27,896 nt of DNA. Origin: a virus. Taxonomy: Duplodnaviria; Caudoviricetes. The notes below the pieces were generated by a model that was given only the letters and a program-made list of their open reading frames with translations, searched no databases and was not told the DNA's origin. The translations under genes and the position numbers were made by a program. The DNA lies in the IMG/VR virus record IMGVR_UViG_3300017913_002553, positions 1 to 27,896 of that record; one strand, given 5' to 3'. Shown here in pieces: positions 23,476 to 27,896 of this stretch; position 1 is the first letter of the stretch, and every line of letters begins with the position of its first letter.

Positions 23476-24449
23476 TTAAACCTCGGTCTTACTCCAGTTC
23501 CAATTTCTTTACTATGTCTTGGATCGTTTAATCTTCTAAATTTTTCATTTAAGCACTTAACATGAATATCATGAAACACTTCTTGCATTTCTGTAGGATC
23601 AATCATATCTCCATTATCTTGATTACGATCTAGCCAACGATTCCATTCATCAACTGTTGTAGTTTTTTCATCATATCTACCAATATAAGAATTAAGCTGT
23701 GGCCATGTCAGTTGCATTAAATCAGTCCACTCTGTAATAATATCCTGTTTCATTGCAGGAACAGACAAATTATGCTCTTGTAATTCTAAATTGCAAAGAT
23801 CACTAAATTCTTTAATTTTATCACGAGTCCAAGGGAAGTGAATTATACCCCTACGATTAAAGTGCGATGAATCAGAAATACGACCAGGGCGCGCATGCGC
23901 GCATATTAATCCGCCTGGACGCAAAACTCTAGAACATTCAAATAACAACTCAAGCACTTCATCTTCTGTACCAAAATTAAATGGACCAACGGATCTAATT
24001 CCGTCAATTGATTCGCTTTTAAGACTTTTGAGATATTCTAAGCAATCCATCACAATATCAGCTCGGCCATTCCACGGAAGAAGATCAATGCCTATAAGAT
24101 TGTTAATATGTCCTTTGAAAATATTATTGCCGCAGCCTAAATCTAAAACAACATTACAATTCTTTTCATTAAAAACAGGTACGCATGGATAACCTGATCC
24201 AGTCTTAGCAAAACTCGTTACTCTAATAATTTCTGACCAATCTGTTTGAAAGTGGTCTTTTAATCTGTCAATTCTCCAATCTCTTTCAGATTCGGCAACC
24301 ATTTCAGGATCATATTTTACAGCTTCAATATTTTCCTTTTTCTTGTCATATTTAATTTCTTGCCGCTTAGTTAATTCAATAGGCTTTCCTGATTCAAAAA
24401 CAGTCTTATCCCTTGTACTTACTCCGCTTTGTCTGTCTTCCATATCCAA
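23436..24449 (-). CDS. class I SAM-dependent methyltransferase (paralog 2, with insertion)
   Basis: VLDLGCGNNIFK..INNLIGID, DGIRSVGPFNFG, RVLRPGG. Confidence 0.8.
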   Translation of the reverse strand: MDMEDRQSGVSTRDKTVFESGKPIELTKRQEIKYDKKKENIEAVKYDPEMVAESERDWRIDRLKDHFQTDWSEIIRVTSFAKTGSGYPCVPVFNEKNCNVVLDLGCGNNIFKGHINNLIGIDLLPWNGRADIVMDCLEYLKSLKSESIDGIRSVGPFNFGTEDEVLELLFECSRVLRPGGLICAHARPGRISDSSHFNRRGIIHFPWTRDKIKEFSDLCNLELQEHNLSVPAMKQDIITEWTDLMQLTWPQLNSYIGRYDEKTTTVDEWNRWLDRNQDNGDMIDPTEMQEVFHDIHVKCLNEKFRRLNDPRHSKEIGTGVRPRFNWWWKKPTNTTLK

Positions 24450-25102
24450 AAAATCCTCTCTCTTGTTTTATTATTTTCCACCGGATCTCTTAAATACATT
24501 CTTTCGGTTAGAATTGTCGTGTCTGTGTAATCTATGACAGGTGGCAAATAATATTCTAATCCGTGTTCTTTACCAAACGCAGAACATGTTTCAAAAGACC
24601 AAGGATACAACTCAGCTCCGGCTTTATATCCATCATGAGGTTTACATAAACATGCAATTTTACCTCCAGGTTTAACTAAAGCTTTCATCTGTTCTATCAT
24701 TTTATGAATTGTTTCAGTGTTGTGGTGATGAAGAACACCTATGCATAACACCCAATCAAAAGTGCTATGCTTAAAAATATCATATGCACCTTGTAAATCT
24801 ATATTGAGATCAGGATTTCCCCAAGTACCAGGCTCAACACCTATCACATTTTTTAATCTGTCCTTAAAAGGATTTTTTCCGCATCCTATATCTAAAACAA
24901 AAACATCCGGTCCATCTTTCTTAATTTCATTAAGAAGATATTCACCGGTGTATTTTCTTGTTTCATATGTAAATTGACTAATGTATTCATCATATCCTAC
25001 ATCTTTTCTAGTGTAGGTTGCTTTCCAATCAGAATCTCTTTCTCTTTCAGGCTTTTCCCACCAATCAGATAATGTATGATTTCCTGTAATGTCAGTCTTC
25101 AT
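24419..25102 (-). CDS. class I SAM-dependent methyltransferase (paralog 1)
   Basis: VLDIGCGKNPFK..LKNVIGVE, FDWVLCIGVLHH, LVKPGG. Confidence 0.85.
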   Translation of the reverse strand: MKTDITGNHTLSDWWEKPERERDSDWKATYTRKDVGYDEYISQFTYETRKYTGEYLLNEIKKDGPDVFVLDIGCGKNPFKDRLKNVIGVEPGTWGNPDLNIDLQGAYDIFKHSTFDWVLCIGVLHHHNTETIHKMIEQMKALVKPGGKIACLCKPHDGYKAGAELYPWSFETCSAFGKEHGLEYYLPPVIDYTDTTILTERMYLRDPVENNKTRERIFWIWKTDKAE

Positions 25103-26024
25103 ATATATTCTCAGTCATCATTTCATAAAAAGGTTGCATATCAATTTCTTTGATAATAGTCATTTTTTTCACGTTAAATTTACCAGTGCCTTCATTTTCA
25201 ATAATATCTTTAACGAGAAACTGTGCTTGAAATAATCTATAGTCATTATAAGCACCGCATGAAACCCATTCTCTCAAAACCCATGCCATATTAGCTACTG
25301 CCATTCCGGTATTGCTAGCCGGATCTAAAGGTACAAACACTCCATTTTGATCTTCAGCATCAAATGTTTTACCTACTTCATAAGTTATCTTTGGATGATA
25401 AATTCCTCGACCATCTGCTGCTGTTAATTTATATGCAGTAACTACTGCATCAGGATCTAAAAACTCATATTGCATTGCTTCATCATGGAAAAATCTTGGA
25501 GCATTTGACCACGAAAAGTTTGCATTACGAGTATTCATACCTCTCATTTTATTTAACTTAAATTCACCATACATAAAGTCTGCGCCTCTAGCATTCACTT
25601 TACGCATATCATTATATTCCCAAACAGACCTTGGCGCATCAAGCTTTTCAATATTTGTTCCAACCATATTGCAGGAGTAAAACACTATTTCAGGAGCAAA
25701 TGAATATCTAACAGCGCCTTCTCTTAAATTGCATTTGTGAAATTCTGCACCATCTAATTGGCATCTTTCAAAAAGAGCAGATCTAAGACCACACTGTCTA
25801 AAAATAGCACCTCTTAAGTCTGAACCACTAAAGTCGCATTCATCTAAAACAAGCTTTTCAAAAACTTTATTACGAAAATCTTGATTTGTAAAATCACATG
25901 CTCGAAATTTGATTTTACCGTCGCCGGATTTACGATCATGCTGAGTGTTAGTTAAGTTATCAACATTTAATAATTCGTTTAATTCAGAAATATATTTTAT
26001 TTTTCCGGCGACGGTTTTAATCAT
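25092..26024 (-). CDS. pentapeptide-repeat protein with C-terminal phage domain
   Basis: CDFTN QDFRN KVFEK LVLDE CDFSG SDLRG AIFRQ CGLRS ALFER... five-residue period; C-terminal AYKLT..YEVGKTF. Confidence 0.85.
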   Translation of the reverse strand: MIKTVAGKIKYISELNELLNVDNLTNTQHDRKSGDGKIKFRACDFTNQDFRNKVFEKLVLDECDFSGSDLRGAIFRQCGLRSALFERCQLDGAEFHKCNLREGAVRYSFAPEIVFYSCNMVGTNIEKLDAPRSVWEYNDMRKVNARGADFMYGEFKLNKMRGMNTRNANFSWSNAPRFFHDEAMQYEFLDPDAVVTAYKLTAADGRGIYHPKITYEVGKTFDAEDQNGVFVPLDPASNTGMAVANMAWVLREWVSCGAYNDYRLFQAQFLVKDIIENEGTGKFNVKKMTIIKEIDMQPFYEMMTENIYED

Positions 26025-26033
26025 TTTAATTTC

Positions 26034-26390
26034 CTAGAATGAGTATGTTACTTCAATTTTAACATTATCCTGAGCGCGGTCATGGTCTCCATCCCAACGT
26101 CTTTGGAACGATGGAACAACCTTAATGGACGATTCGCCTTCGGTCAACTTTAGAGCATCATAGCTAACTTTTACTTCGTTGTATTTTGTGGTGCTGTTAG
26201 TTGAATCTTGCATATGCTTCGCGCTTAATGTAAAATCTTGAACCTTTTGCTTTGCAAATACGTAATTATAAGTAGTCTGTGTTCCACTTGGATATTTAGT
26301 CTCAACATCAACACCCATTCCAATGTCTGTTGCCATCGCTGATGTTGAAATCATTGTTGCAGCTACTGCTGCGAAAATAGTCTTCTTCAT
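26034..26390 (-). CDS. secreted small beta-strand protein, outer-membrane beta-barrel-like
   Basis: Signal peptide MKKTIFAAVAATMISTSAMA; alternating strands; ends IEVTYSF. Confidence 0.7.
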   Translation of the reverse strand: MKKTIFAAVAATMISTSAMATDIGMGVDVETKYPSGTQTTYNYVFAKQKVQDFTLSAKHMQDSTNSTTKYNEVKVSYDALKLTEGESSIKVVPSFQRRWDGDHDRAQDNVKIEVTYSF

Positions 26391-26401
26391 TAAAGTAGTC
26401 C

Positions 26402-27883
26402 TTAACTGTATGTAGTTAGTGATTTATCTCGCCAAATTCCATAAATGACAATTCCTATTGCGAGAATTAAACAGGATGTCATAATCGGATGCATACCCCA
26501 TATTGCGTTTTGAATGTAATTACCATCCCAGAAATATAGAGACTGCATTTGATACAACCCGGCTTCTAATCTTTCGGCGAGAAAAAATGCAATTAAAAAC
26601 GCCGGTCGACTAAACTCGTATTTTCTCATGTACCAGCCTAAAACACTAAAGACTGTAAGCATGATTAAATCTTCGTACACCGTAGTATAGTATCTAGCGG
26701 CTAGCACAGACCAAATAGTCAGTGCAGCCATAACAGGTACCCAATAAATTGGTTTAATATAAACCACCTTAGATACCTGACGGGCAAATACAAGAAGTAC
26801 TATTCCAGAAACAATAGTGCCTATCATATATCCCCAATACAAGTGATCAACAAACATAGTGTCTTCAATCACTTGCATAGATCCCATTTCAAAGCCTACG
26901 TATAAAAACAAAGCCATGATAATAGCAACACCACGATTGCCCGGGATTCCAAATAAAAAGGCTGGAAGTAGCGCACCGGCTTTACCGGAATTATTAGCGC
27001 CTTCGCTTCCTATTACACCTTTAATGTTTCCTTTGCCAAAAGGAACTTTTTCTTTTCTGCATACTGCTGTTGTTGCGGTGTATGCAGACCAGTCGCCGAT
27101 TCCGCCGCCTGTTCCTGGTAGTACTCCAACAATAAATCCAATCAATGAACCTTGAAAAGCAATGTACCAATTTTTGAATGTATCTATAATCCCATCCCAA
27201 GTTTGTTTTGCGTGTTCCTTTTTATTAATATGTTCATATTCATTCTTTTTAGTAAGAACATAAATCATTTCAGGAATAGCAAACAAACCGGCGGTGACAA
27301 TAACAATTGACACACCATCAACCAAATATTCCCAGCCGCCGGTCCATCTTGGAGTAGAATAGATGTCATAGCCTATTAAGCCTACAAATACTCCTAGCCC
27401 TAAAGCAATTAAACAACGTATAGTGTGCTTAGTTGTAATTAACGTAATCAAAGAAAACGAAAGAATAATCATTCCAAAAATTTCTGGTATTCCGACGTAA
27501 TCACTAATTAACTCGTACATTGGAAATAGAGCAAAGCCTATGACACCAAAAAGCAATCCGCCTAACGTGGACGTTGTGATTGCCGCTGACAATGCGTAGC
27601 TAGCTTTACCCTGTTTTGCAAGAGGAAATCCATCAACCATTGTCGCTGCAGTTCCATCAGCACCAGGAATGCCAATAAGAACTGAAGCAAATGAGTCTCC
27701 GATTGAACATGACACCAGAACCGCCACAGCAAATAGCACAAAAAGATACTCGGCTCCTGGAGTATCAAATAATTGTGCTAATCCAAAAAGCATGATAAGT
27801 GCTTTAGCTGGACCAGCTGACGGGATAAGTCCTACTATAGAACCATATAACACGCCGATTGTGATGATAATCCCCCACTGCAT
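26402..27883 (-). CDS. tctA: tripartite tricarboxylate transporter large membrane subunit (TctA family)
   Basis: GLIPSAG, VLIGIPG..TAATMVDGFPLAKQG, GVLPGTG, FGKGNIKGVIGSEGANN, GIPG, FSRPAFL; frame is open to the window edge so the start may lie further upstream. Confidence 0.9.
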   Translation of the reverse strand: MQWGIIITIGVLYGSIVGLIPSAGPAKALIMLFGLAQLFDTPGAEYLFVLFAVAVLVSCSIGDSFASVLIGIPGADGTAATMVDGFPLAKQGKASYALSAAITTSTLGGLLFGVIGFALFPMYELISDYVGIPEIFGMIILSFSLITLITTKHTIRCLIALGLGVFVGLIGYDIYSTPRWTGGWEYLVDGVSIVIVTAGLFAIPEMIYVLTKKNEYEHINKKEHAKQTWDGIIDTFKNWYIAFQGSLIGFIVGVLPGTGGGIGDWSAYTATTAVCRKEKVPFGKGNIKGVIGSEGANNSGKAGALLPAFLFGIPGNRGVAIIMALFLYVGFEMGSMQVIEDTMFVDHLYWGYMIGTIVSGIVLLVFARQVSKVVYIKPIYWVPVMAALTIWSVLAARYYTTVYEDLIMLTVFSVLGWYMRKYEFSRPAFLIAFFLAERLEAGLYQMQSLYFWDGNYIQNAIWGMHPIMTSCLILAIGIVIYGIWRDKSLTTYS

Positions 27884-27896
27884 AAACAGTGGGAGA

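Noticed and set aside
22852-25102. Methyltransferases as the cognate DNA methylases of the nuclease at 21602
   Set aside because: No DPPY/NPPY or GxPC catalytic motif, and they belong to a separate transcription unit
818-27155. Plus-strand ORFs in the six-frame track
   Set aside because: All lie antisense to well-supported minus-strand genes and have no recognisable motifs
4077-27768. Nested alternative-frame minus ORFs (4077, 6538, 9243, 9555, 9900, 18456, 27562)
   Set aside because: Fully inside conserved genes with no motifs; likely codon-bias shadows
22852-27896. Host chromosome flank of a prophage, or a chimeric join
   Set aside because: Same strand, similar AT-richness and tight packing as the phage genes; no integrase or att site seen

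Overview
A 27.9 kb, AT-rich piece of a T4-like myovirus genome, probably aquatic or marine. All credible genes lie on the minus strand and are tightly packed with TAATG/ATGA overlaps. In transcription order (right to left): (1) an accessory island with TctA transporter, a small outer-membrane-type protein, a pentapeptide-repeat protein and three paralogous SAM methyltransferases; (2) early genes behind near-identical sigma70/T4-early promoter cassettes, including a restriction-endonuclease-like gene between 85-bp direct repeats and a DUF932-type gene; (3) a late block behind TATAAATA whose proteins mostly carry T4 capsid-targeting-like N-termini, including a nucleotidyltransferase; (4) holin-like gene, nrdA with an inserted glutaredoxin domain, nrdB, a small CxxC protein, LpxH-like phosphoesterase, GIY-YIG, 2OG-Fe(II) oxygenase, RNase H, DenV-like glycosylase, HAD phosphomannomutase, PhoH, GH108 lysozyme (possible -1 frameshift extension), PD-(D/E)XK exonuclease and a HAD nucleotidase. 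No tRNA, rRNA, CRISPR array, intron or intein was seen. All family assignments come from motifs recognised by eye, not from searches.
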